From Syntrophales bacterium (GTDB lineage: Bacteria; Desulfobacterota; Syntrophia; Syntrophales; UBA2185): 64,000 nt of DNA. Location of the stretch: contig DASRZZ010000052.1 of assembly GCA_035685925.1 (NCBI GenBank), positions 17,615-81,614 of the forward strand, given 5' to 3'. Positions 36,703 through 45,285 of this stretch are shown here, piece after piece (the first letter of the stretch is position 1; each line of letters opens with the position of its first letter). The notes under the pieces are model-generated. The model searched no databases and was not told the origin of the DNA. It worked only from the letters and a program-made list of their open reading frames with translations. The translations under genes were made by a program, and so were the position numbers.

Positions 36703-37656
36703 ATGGCAGGAGTCTGGATTGTTTCGGATAACCGTGGGCACGCGCTGGAACTCTTGAACATCGGTCGACAGTTAGCCACTAAAATAGGAACGCGAGTATC
36801 CGCACTTCTCTGCCAAGAACGCAAAGAAATACAGGACTACTTTAACTATGGCGCGGATGAGGTCGTGCTCCTCCCTTCTCTCGACGCTGAACAGCCTCAG
36901 GAAGACTTCGTTTCCCCTATCAGCGAGGAGGCAAGAAGGGGAGAGCCTGATTTGATCCTCCTTCCTGCAACTCCGCGGGGAAAGAATATGGCCGCCCTGC
37001 TTGCGTCACGATTGAATGCGGGACTCGTGAGTGCTTGCGTTGCGATAGATTTTGACGAAAAGGAAAACTCATTTGTGATGGCGCGCCTGATATATGGAGG
37101 AGCAGGACTGCAGAAGGTAACATGCTCGACGCGGCCTGCTCTGGCTACAATTCCGCCGAAAACTTTTGAGGCCGCCAAGCCTTTGCCAGGACGACAAGGG
37201 CTGATCCGCGAACTCCCGGCGCCATCGCCATCGAGAGTCAAGGTCATAGAGAGAAGGGCAAAAGAAAAAGAGGCGAAAGACATCTCCGAAGCGCGCGTCA
37301 TTATTTGCGTGGGCAGGGGAATGGAGAAAAAAGAAGACCTGCTCATTGCACGGCAACTGGCCGAAGTCCTAGGCGGTGCAATAGGCTGTACGAGACCCAT
37401 CTCAGAAGAACTTCACTGGTTGCCTGAAGACCTTTGCATCGGCCTTTCTGGTTTGCAGATAAGACCAGATCTCTACATAGGCATCGGAGTTTCCGGCCAG
37501 GTTCAGCATTTGACGGGCATTCGCAATGCCAGGGTGATCGCCGCCGTTAATAAAGACGAGAATGCCCCCATCTTCAAGGCGGCAGATTTCGGCATAGTAG
37601 GCGATCTCTATGAGGTGATTCCTAAACTCATTTCCGAGATAAAGAACAGGATCTAA
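36703..37656 (+). CDS. fixB: Electron transfer flavoprotein alpha subunit, FixB type
   Basis: MAGVWIVSDNRGHALELL... and the C-terminal FAD motif LYIGIGVSGQVQHLTGIRNARVIAAVNKDENAPIF match FixB/EtfA. The start at M17 of the track ORF lies 10 nt after the fixA stop. Confidence 0.85.
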   Translation: MAGVWIVSDNRGHALELLNIGRQLATKIGTRVSALLCQERKEIQDYFNYGADEVVLLPSLDAEQPQEDFVSPISEEARRGEPDLILLPATPRGKNMAALLASRLNAGLVSACVAIDFDEKENSFVMARLIYGGAGLQKVTCSTRPALATIPPKTFEAAKPLPGRQGLIRELPAPSPSRVKVIERRAKEKEAKDISEARVIICVGRGMEKKEDLLIARQLAEVLGGAIGCTRPISEELHWLPEDLCIGLSGLQIRPDLYIGIGVSGQVQHLTGIRNARVIAAVNKDENAPIFKAADFGIVGDLYEVIPKLISEIKNRI

Positions 37657-38020
37657 GTGAAATGCGCTATCATTAATTCGCATCATCTTCGCGATGTAAA
37701 ATCCAATGCTGAAAAACGTTCGATGTTGGCCGATAATGATGATGCATTTGTGCAGCAACCGATGCTTTTGAGCATCGCTCTCGCCTTCGGCTACAAAAAT
37801 GAATACACATTCTAAGAACCATGGTCCCCTCCCTTTTTGCTGCAAATCACATCTGTAAACGAGATAATATCGTATTAATTAAAATCCTCACCTTTCCGTT
37901 ATTGACAAATAATAATCCATAGTTATATTTAATTTGGTACTTTCATATGAGTAACTTTTTTCGTATTAGTTACCCGATTGGCCGGATGGCACATATACCT
38001 GTTACCGTTATTGGAGGCTT

Positions 38021-38035
38021 TGGCATGGATATTGC
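38021..38035 (+). promoter_or_regulatory. Candidate sigma54 (-24/-12) promoter upstream of the CoA-transferase/dehydratase operon
   Basis: TGGCATGGATATTGC matches TGGCAY-N5-TTGC, with GG and GC exactly 10 nt apart. It is on the coding strand ~75 nt upstream of the proposed start at 38109. A sigma54 enhancer-binding protein is encoded 8.5 kb downstream. Confidence 0.5.
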
Positions 38036-38108
38036 CAATATGCCCCCAAGGGTAAGGTTTCTGTCGAAACATATAGTCCATCTATCAAAGATAACTGGAG
38101 GTGGGACC

Positions 38109-39683
38109 GTGGTAAAATTCATGACTGCAGAAGAGGCGATTAAGCTGATCAAGAACGGAGATACTGTGGCGACTTCCGGATTCGTCGGCATGGGTCATCC
38201 GGAAGAACTTTCTAAAGCAGTTGAAAAGAGCTTTTTGGAAACAGGTCAGCCAAACAACTTAACGCTTACGTTTGGCGCAAGCCAGAATGACGGGAAATCA
38301 AACTGGGGACTGAATCGCTGGGCAAAAGAAGGTCTGGTTAAAAAGGTAGTATCGGGGCATTGGGGATTGCAGCCTGATTTAATCAAGATGGCTGTTGCCA
38401 ACAAGATAGAGGCATACAATATCCCCCAGGGTGTGATTCTTCATGTATTTAGGGCCACCGCCGGTAAGAAGCCGGGCATCGTTACGCATGTTGGCCTAAA
38501 GACGTTTGTTGATCCTCGAGAAACCGGTGGAAAACTGAACAGTATCAGCCATGAGGAGTACGTCCGCTTAATTGAACTTGGCGGCAAGGAATACCTGTTC
38601 TATAAGGCCATCCCTATCAATATTGCTATTGTCCGCGGGACTACGGCAGACGAGAATGGCAATGTATCCATTGAAAGAGAGGCTATAGCCTTGGAATTTG
38701 GCTTGTTAGCCCTCGCTGCCAAAGGTTCAGGAGGGAAGGTCATTGTGCAGGTGGAGAGAGTGACAAAGGCAGGCACCCTTCATCCCATGATGGTCAAGAT
38801 ACCAAAAGTATGGGTGGACGCAATTGTCGTTGCGAAGCCTGAGAACCACTGGCAGGTTCCCATGGCCGAGCCGTATAATCCGAGTCTTTGCGGTGAGACA
38901 AGGGTCCCTCTGAGTCGTATACCACCCCTTGCGATGAGCGAGAGAAAAGTAATTTGCCGAAGGTGCGTCATGGAGCTTATCCCCAATGCAGTCGTAAACA
39001 TGGGTATAGGCATGCCGGAAGGTTGCGGGGCTGTTGCAGCTGAAGAGGACCTGATTGAATTGATGACGATGACGGTCGAGCCGGGTGCGATTGGCGGCGT
39101 GCCTGGAGGCAAGCTCTATTTCGGATCGGCAATAAATCCGGAGGCGCTGGTCGACCATCCCCTGATGTTTGATTTTTATGATGGCGGCGGCCTCGACTTG
39201 GCTGTCCTGGGAATGGCGGAAATGGATCAGTTCGGAAATGTGAACGTCAGCAAGTTCGGCCCCAGGATAGCAGGAGCAGGAGGTTTTATTAACATCACTC
39301 AGAGTACAAAGAGGGTTGTCTTCTGTGGAACACTGACTGCAAGCGGTCTTGAGCTTGGGTTCGATGGCGGAAAACTAAAGGTAGTGAAAGAAGGCAAGGT
39401 CAAGAAATTAGTCAAGAAGGTGGAGCATATCACGTTCAGCGGTGAATATGGAAAGACAAGCGGCCAGACGGTTCTTTACGTGACGGAACGGGCCGTTTTT
39501 AAACTTACCCCTGAAGGCGTCATGTTGATAGAGATTGCCCCCGGCCTGGATATGGAGAAGGATGTATTGTCTCAGATAGAATACAGGCCTCTCATCGCTC
39601 CCGATGTTAAATTGATGGATGCGCGCCTTTTCAAGGAAGGGCCGATGGGAATCAAACCTGAGATATTGAAGAAGGAGCTTTGA
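38109..39683 (+). CDS. Propionate/acetate CoA-transferase family enzyme (Pct / YdiF-like, family I)
   Basis: MTAEEAIKLIKNGDTVATSGFVG..., GHWG, VIVQVERVTKAGTLHP, DYYDGGGLDL, FGPRIAGAGGFINITQ and TERAVF closely track the Clostridium propionicum Pct sequence as I remember it. I chose the GTG start with GGAGG 7 nt upstream. ATG 38121 is an alternative. The longer track ORF (37947) would swallow the promoter. Confidence 0.85.
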   Translation: MVKFMTAEEAIKLIKNGDTVATSGFVGMGHPEELSKAVEKSFLETGQPNNLTLTFGASQNDGKSNWGLNRWAKEGLVKKVVSGHWGLQPDLIKMAVANKIEAYNIPQGVILHVFRATAGKKPGIVTHVGLKTFVDPRETGGKLNSISHEEYVRLIELGGKEYLFYKAIPINIAIVRGTTADENGNVSIEREAIALEFGLLALAAKGSGGKVIVQVERVTKAGTLHPMMVKIPKVWVDAIVVAKPENHWQVPMAEPYNPSLCGETRVPLSRIPPLAMSERKVICRRCVMELIPNAVVNMGIGMPEGCGAVAAEEDLIELMTMTVEPGAIGGVPGGKLYFGSAINPEALVDHPLMFDFYDGGGLDLAVLGMAEMDQFGNVNVSKFGPRIAGAGGFINITQSTKRVVFCGTLTASGLELGFDGGKLKVVKEGKVKKLVKKVEHITFSGEYGKTSGQTVLYVTERAVFKLTPEGVMLIEIAPGLDMEKDVLSQIEYRPLIAPDVKLMDARLFKEGPMGIKPEILKKEL

Positions 39684-39726
39684 GAATTAAAATTGAGATC
39701 AAAAAAATAGTTTAAGGAGAAAAAAA

Positions 39727-41196
39727 ATGGCTTTAAAGACGAGAGAGGAGTACAAGAAATCATTGAAGGCGATGAGGCCCAACGTTTACAAGTTCGGAGA
39801 GTTGATTGAAGACGTAACGACTCATCCGGCGACGAAGAGAGTAGTTGAGAGTCACGCACGGGCAATTGACGCATCGCATGACCCGAAATTGGCGGAGGAT
39901 TTTACTACCACCTCCACTTTAATCCCCGGCGAGAAGATCCACAGATGGAATTCCATGATGGAAACCCTTGAAGATATCATGGCCAATTCCAGGATGAAGA
40001 GATGGATGTACCGCCTGACAGGTAGTTGCAGTGGCGGGGTTTGTGTCGGATGGAACGCCCAGAATGTCATGTGGAATATCACGTCCCAAATGGACAAAGA
40101 ATTGGGGACAAAATACCAGGAGCGCCTCAAGAAGTGGATTATCAATTGCCAGAAGAACGGGCTCGTTGTGGCTGGGGCGCTGACGGATGCGAAAGGCGAC
40201 AGAAGCCTGAGACCGTCGCAGCAGGCCAATCCGGACAGCAATGTGCACATTACGGAAGTCCGTGAAGACGGCATCGTAATCAGCGGCATGAAGGCGATGA
40301 TCTGCGGCGTTGCTGCCTCCAACGAGATATTCATCCTGCCGGGAAGCGGATACCGGGAAGAGGATCAGGACTATGCAGTGAGCTGTGTCGTGCCCCGGGA
40401 CATAAAAGGTCTTACGATCGTAGAGGCCCGCAGGCCGAGCGATACGAGAGAGATGGAAGGCGGATTCGACATTCCGGATTCCGGCATCACACAGTCCTTC
40501 CTGTTTTTCAAGGACTGCTTCGTACCCAATGACCGGGTGTTCATGTGCAAGGAATTCAAATATACCGGGAAGATAATAGAATACTTCACAGCCAACTATC
40601 GTGCGTGCATTGGTGCATGTGTTGCCGGTCAGGGAGACGTGATGATCGGCGCAGCGGCCCTGATGGCGAGAACGAACGGATTGGCTGCCAGCACATTTGC
40701 AAACAAACTGGTGGAGATGGCAGTCAATAATGAAACAACATACTGCATGGGAATAGGCTCTATGGCGCTCGGAAAGAAAGGCCCGGGGGGCATGTGGGTT
40801 TCAGATTCCTTGACTGCTCATGCCAATAAAGTGCATGTCGCCACCCTTCCATATGAGACAAAGCGTATCTGCCAGGATATCGGCGGCGGCATCGTGGAAA
40901 CCGGTTGTTTCCCATCTTCGAAGGACTTTAACGACCAGAAGATAGGAGCCATGGTCCAAGCGGCGCTGAAGGCCTCCGGCAAGTTCAGTGCTGAATCGAG
41001 GGCGCGGGCGGCAAGACTTTCTGAGTGGCTGACACTCGGCGCAGGCGTTCCCGGATGCATGCACGGCGGCGGTTCCCCAGACGGTGCAAAACTGGTTGTC
41101 AGGGCGCTCACTCCTGTTGATCAGTTTGCCGAGTATGCAAGGAAGATAGCTGGTATAACGGAAGAAATACCGGAACCAGAAAAGAAGAAGAAATAG
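39727..41196 (+). CDS. 4-hydroxybutyryl-CoA dehydratase / vinylacetyl-CoA isomerase family protein (AbfD/HpaB fold), divergent
   Basis: 489 aa. EEYKKSLKAMRPNVYKFGELIEDVTTHP, ALTDAKGDRSLRPSQQ, DGIVISGMKA and GDVMIGAAAL are colinear with C. aminobutyricum AbfD as I remember it. AAGGAGA lies upstream. Confidence 0.8.
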   Translation: MALKTREEYKKSLKAMRPNVYKFGELIEDVTTHPATKRVVESHARAIDASHDPKLAEDFTTTSTLIPGEKIHRWNSMMETLEDIMANSRMKRWMYRLTGSCSGGVCVGWNAQNVMWNITSQMDKELGTKYQERLKKWIINCQKNGLVVAGALTDAKGDRSLRPSQQANPDSNVHITEVREDGIVISGMKAMICGVAASNEIFILPGSGYREEDQDYAVSCVVPRDIKGLTIVEARRPSDTREMEGGFDIPDSGITQSFLFFKDCFVPNDRVFMCKEFKYTGKIIEYFTANYRACIGACVAGQGDVMIGAAALMARTNGLAASTFANKLVEMAVNNETTYCMGIGSMALGKKGPGGMWVSDSLTAHANKVHVATLPYETKRICQDIGGGIVETGCFPSSKDFNDQKIGAMVQAALKASGKFSAESRARAARLSEWLTLGAGVPGCMHGGGSPDGAKLVVRALTPVDQFAEYARKIAGITEEIPEPEKKKK

Positions 41197-41211
41197 CGAA
41201 CTGGCGCGGAT

Positions 41212-41234
41212 TGCCCCGCCTGCAGGGCGGGGCA
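41212..41234 (+). other. GC-rich stem-loop after the dehydratase gene (possible attenuator / weak terminator)
   Basis: TGCCCCGCC-TGCAG-GGCGGGGCA is a perfect 9-bp stem located 16 nt after the stop. No T-run follows. Confidence 0.35.
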
Positions 41235-41482
41235 TCCGGCATAATGGAGACGCGGAATTATAAGGTAATTTCCCGCCAAACTAAGCCTGTGTGAAACGTA
41301 CGCTGATACATGCCTTCCCCATGAAGCTCGCGGTATTTAGCCGGCAGGGTGAAGATAGTCTCCAGAAACGATATTTTCAAAGGAGGCTGTTGAGGTTCTA
41401 TTTTTTTTGTCAGCTGAAAACCGATATGAGAAATAATTGCACCAAAGAGGCATAAAAAAAATTTAATAAAAAGGAGGATTTT

Positions 41483-42811
41483 ATGAGTGCAAAGGCAGCC
41501 ACAGGAGTTGATCCAGTAAAGGCCAGGAAGATGATCAGGTTTCGTTGGATCACTTATGGAATGTTCTTGTTAACGTATATCTTTGTATATTTCGACCGTG
41601 TGGCACCGGCTGTTGTCGCACCGGAACTGATGAAGGAATTCGGTCTGACAGCAACGACCCTTGGTATTTTGTCATCGATGTACTTTTATCCTTATGCGGC
41701 AATGCAGTTCCCATCGGGATTTCTAGCCGATAAAATTGGCCCCAGGCTCTCAGTGAGCTCATTTTTCATCATAGCGGCGATCGGTACTGCGTTGTTTGGT
41801 ATGGCCCAAACGTTCGGCTGGTGTATATTCGGCCGCTTTCTAATGGGTGTTGGCGTCGCGGTTGTTTGGATGCCCTGTATGAAGATTCTGTACAACTGGT
41901 TCCGACCGAATGAATTAGCGACACTTACAGGTGTGATGCTCACCTTGGGCAATGTCGGCGCCATACTTGCGTCTGCACCGCTCGCGTTTTTGGTGGGCGT
42001 CGTCGGATGGCGTAATTCATTCTTATGGTTGGGCGCTTTCATGGTCGTCATATCTATCATTGACTACCTGATCGTACGAAATAAGCCGAGCGACATGGGT
42101 TATCCTACAGTTTCGGAGATCGACGGCATCGATTACTACCCGGCACAGACTGCCTCGCAAAAGACGACATTCAACGAAAATTTTATAAAGCTGATGAAGA
42201 TGAAGAACTACTGGCTGATATCCATCTATGCCTTTGTGATCTACGGGACGGTTATGGGATTTCAGGGCCTCTGGTTCATTCCTTATGCACAGCATATTTA
42301 CAATCTGCCAAAACAGCAGGCCGCCAACATGCTCATGTTCTGGCCGATAGGTATGGCATTGGGATGCTTTGCCGCCGGTTTTGTTTCTGACCGAATTCTT
42401 AAATCACGCAGGAAGACTTCTTTCTACGGCATGCTGATCTACGTTGTCACCTGGATACCGATAGCTGTCTTCACCGGATCAATACCCATTGCTTGGTTTT
42501 ACGCCCTGTTATTTTTCATGGGCTTCTTCTGTGGAGCGTACGTGCCCAATTACGCGCACATCGCTGACGGTCAGCCAACCAGCTTCATGGCGACATCCAA
42601 CGGACTGCTGAATATATGGTACTTTGTAGGAGGGGCTTTATATCAGGCGTTGATGGGCGTGGTGCTTGACCACTATGGAAAGGTCAACGGCAAATTCCCG
42701 GTGGAGGCGTACCAGGCCACCTTTATGTTCTGTGCCGTATCGCTCGTAGTAGGCGCTATAGCGATGTACTTTACAACGGATTCCAAACCCATCATTACCA
42801 AGAAGGCGTAA
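41483..42811 (+). CDS. MFS transporter (probable organic-acid uptake)
   Basis: 442 aa with 12 predicted hydrophobic helices. It has an MFS-like loop motif (GFLADKIGPR). AAGGAGG lies upstream. Confidence 0.8.
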   Translation: MSAKAATGVDPVKARKMIRFRWITYGMFLLTYIFVYFDRVAPAVVAPELMKEFGLTATTLGILSSMYFYPYAAMQFPSGFLADKIGPRLSVSSFFIIAAIGTALFGMAQTFGWCIFGRFLMGVGVAVVWMPCMKILYNWFRPNELATLTGVMLTLGNVGAILASAPLAFLVGVVGWRNSFLWLGAFMVVISIIDYLIVRNKPSDMGYPTVSEIDGIDYYPAQTASQKTTFNENFIKLMKMKNYWLISIYAFVIYGTVMGFQGLWFIPYAQHIYNLPKQQAANMLMFWPIGMALGCFAAGFVSDRILKSRRKTSFYGMLIYVVTWIPIAVFTGSIPIAWFYALLFFMGFFCGAYVPNYAHIADGQPTSFMATSNGLLNIWYFVGGALYQALMGVVLDHYGKVNGKFPVEAYQATFMFCAVSLVVGAIAMYFTTDSKPIITKKA

Positions 42812-42831
42812 GGATCACCACATGGGGGGTA

Positions 42832-42846
42832 TGGCAGACTGATTGC
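42832..42846 (+). promoter_or_regulatory. Second candidate sigma54 (-24/-12) promoter, at the start of the long spacer before etfB
   Basis: TGGCAGACTGATTGC matches TGGCA-N7-TTGC with correct GG/GC spacing. It lies 20 nt after the MFS stop and ~370 nt upstream of etfB. Confidence 0.4.
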
Positions 42847-43217
42847 GCGGCGCAGGCGGGTTTCGGTGAATTTAGGAAGCCCCCATATCCCCTTTAACAT
42901 AAACGGACACAATTCACGATTCGCCTGCGAGGCGAGATGGCCGGGTTTGTCGTCTAGTGGAGCGTGTGAATCAATCGTCCTTGACTGTTCTTTAAATATG
43001 GTTTACGCAAATAACACGCAAATCTATCCCACAGGATACGGTGCTCATTGGTAGGGATTTGTTTTGAGTTCCGGTACGAGAGGACGCCGCACGCGGCCTA
43101 GCTGGTGCAACAGCCTTACCATCTCACGGAATCTGGTTTATGAGATGGATGGCTCCTAGGCGCCTTCACATATCTTATGCAAAGCGACTTTTAATATGAG
43201 CGGGAGTGAAAATTTTT

Positions 43218-44000
43218 ATGGAAATTGTTGTGTGTGTGAAACAGGTACCTGATACCACAGAAGTCAAGATTGATCCTGTGACCAATACATTGATCAGGGA
43301 AGGAGTGCCAAGCATTGTCAATCCTTTCGACAAATTTGCCCTAGAGATGGCGCTGCAGCTCCGGGATAAACACGGCGGAAAAGTAACAGTCATCAGCATG
43401 GGACCGCCACAGGCGGCAGCCGCCCTGCGGGAATGTGTCGCCATGGGCGCCGATGAAGCCATTCTCTTGAGTGACAGGGCATTTGCCGGTTCGGACACGC
43501 TCGCCACATCCTATACATTGTCTCAAGCAGTACGAAAAATCGGCAAGTTCGATCTGGTCATTTGCGGCAAGCAGGCGATAGATGGAGACACGGCCCAGGT
43601 GGGACCTGAGATGGCAGAACATCTTGGCATCGGCCAGTTGACCTACATAAGCACGATCGAATTTGACGGAGAAAAGATCATTGCCCACCGCGAACAGGAT
43701 GAAGGATATGACGTTATAGAAGCCAAACCGCCACTTGTAGTGACTATCATAAAATTGATGACAGATCCCCGTATTCCCACGGTGAAAGGCACGGCGCGGG
43801 CATATCGCACGGAAGTCCCTGTATGGACTGCCGCCGACATTGCCATCGATCCCAAGGCCGCAGGCCTCGAAGGTTCGCCCACGGCGGTACGGCGCATATT
43901 TACGCCGGAGCGACGTGGCAAGGGTGAACTTATTAAGGGCGACAGCAAAGAAGCCGTCGATTTGCTTGTCGATAAGCTGAGGCAGGCCAAGATACTATAG
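43218..44000 (+). CDS. etfB: Electron transfer flavoprotein beta subunit
   Basis: MEIVVCVKQVPDTTEVKIDP..., NPFDKFALEMAL and LVICGKQAIDGDTAQVGP match EtfB. The track ORF starts 12 nt earlier, at a GTG. Confidence 0.9.
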   Translation: MEIVVCVKQVPDTTEVKIDPVTNTLIREGVPSIVNPFDKFALEMALQLRDKHGGKVTVISMGPPQAAAALRECVAMGADEAILLSDRAFAGSDTLATSYTLSQAVRKIGKFDLVICGKQAIDGDTAQVGPEMAEHLGIGQLTYISTIEFDGEKIIAHREQDEGYDVIEAKPPLVVTIIKLMTDPRIPTVKGTARAYRTEVPVWTAADIAIDPKAAGLEGSPTAVRRIFTPERRGKGELIKGDSKEAVDLLVDKLRQAKIL

Positions 44001-44021
44001 TCGAGGAGGAAACAGTTAAAT

Positions 44022-45218
44022 ATGTCTGTTCGGATATTATCGGAAGAATGCATTGGTTGTCAGACGTGCATTGACAGTTGCCCTTACGGCGCAATTGTCA
44101 TGAAGGACGGAAAGGCCGTTCTCACGGATGCTTGCACATTCTGCGGCGCCTGCGAAAGCAGTTGCCCTGTATCCGCCATTGTGGTCGAGCGAGAAAAAGC
44201 TGAAGAGGCGATAGACGTCAGCGCCTATAAGGGTGTCTGGGTATTCATAGAACATCGTGATGGTCGTATACGCAACGTTTCGCTGGAACTTATTGGTGAG
44301 GGAAGGAAGCTGGCCCAGGAGCTTGGCGAGGAGGTCTCTGCTGTCCTTATTGGCGACAATGTGGTGGAAATGAGCAAGGAGCTTTTTGCCAGTGGCGCCG
44401 ACAACGTGTACTTAGTCGAAGGCAACGCCTTTCAGCACTATTCGACAGACGCCTATTCAATCGCCTTTACGTACCTTATCAAGAAGCATCTTCCGTCCGT
44501 TATATTGTTGGGTGCAACCAATGACGGCCGCGATTTAGGCCCCCGGGTAGCAGCGAGGATCAAGACTGGACTGACGGCCGACTGTACGAATCTTTCCATA
44601 GATACTGAAACGAGGCTTGTCGCATGGACAAGACCTGCTTTTGGCGGCAATATCATGGCAACGATCTTCTGCCCGGACAACCGTCCGCAGATGGGAACGG
44701 TAAGGCCCAAAGTCTTCAAGAAGCCTGTGCCTGACTACAACCGCGTAGGAAAAATAATCCGGGAAGAGTTGGCGATAAACGAAAAGGACATTCGCACAAA
44801 ACTTGTCGACGTCGTCAAGGTCTGCACTTTCTCTTGCAATCTCGAAGACGCGGAGATCATCGTATCTGGAGGACGGGGGCTTGGAAAGCCGGAAGGCTTC
44901 AGGATGGTTGAAGAGCTCGCACAGGTTTTGAAGGGTACTGTCGGATCGTCCCGTGCTGCTGTTGATGCGGGCTGGATGCCGTACCCTCACCAGGTGGGTC
45001 AAACAGGAAAAACTGTGGCGCCAAAGATCTATATTGCTTGCGGGATATCCGGCGCCATTCAGCATCTCGCCGGAATGCAGACGTCCGATGTGATAATTGC
45101 AATCAATAAGGATCCGGATGCTCCCATCTTCAAGGTGGCAACATACGGCATCGTTGGCGATGTCTACGAAGTAGTGCCGGCGTTGACCGCCAAGTTCAGG
45201 GAGGTACTCCAGTCATAA
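44022..45218 (+). CDS. etfA: Electron transfer flavoprotein alpha subunit with N-terminal 2x[4Fe-4S] ferredoxin domain
   Basis: 398 aa. Residues 1-60 hold two Cys clusters (CIGCQTCIDSCP and CTFCGACESSCP). The rest is a normal EtfA, with IYIACGISGAIQHLAGMQTSDVIIAINKDPDAPIF. Confidence 0.9.
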   Translation: MSVRILSEECIGCQTCIDSCPYGAIVMKDGKAVLTDACTFCGACESSCPVSAIVVEREKAEEAIDVSAYKGVWVFIEHRDGRIRNVSLELIGEGRKLAQELGEEVSAVLIGDNVVEMSKELFASGADNVYLVEGNAFQHYSTDAYSIAFTYLIKKHLPSVILLGATNDGRDLGPRVAARIKTGLTADCTNLSIDTETRLVAWTRPAFGGNIMATIFCPDNRPQMGTVRPKVFKKPVPDYNRVGKIIREELAINEKDIRTKLVDVVKVCTFSCNLEDAEIIVSGGRGLGKPEGFRMVEELAQVLKGTVGSSRAAVDAGWMPYPHQVGQTGKTVAPKIYIACGISGAIQHLAGMQTSDVIIAINKDPDAPIFKVATYGIVGDVYEVVPALTAKFREVLQS

Positions 45219-45285
45219 GGTGCACCCTGCATGCCGGCAAGGTTTTTTGACAACACAAATATCTATTTCACGAGGAGGGTAATTT

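Noticed and set aside
37402-37845. 147-aa minus-strand ORF spanning the fixB 3' end and the downstream spacer.
   Set aside because: More than half of it is antisense to the well-supported fixB gene. It has no motif and no RBS.
37947-38108. 54-codon N-terminal extension of the CoA-transferase ORF in the six-frame track.
   Set aside because: It has no similarity to the Pct-family N-terminus, which begins at MTAEEAIKLIK. It has no RBS, and it would overlap the -24/-12 promoter match. A GTG with GGAGG at 38109 fits better.
41201-41216. TGGCGCGGATTGC after the dehydratase gene, which resembles -24/-12 elements.
   Set aside because: The GG-to-GC spacing is two nucleotides too short for sigma54 recognition. 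The sequence is part of the GC-rich hairpin region instead.
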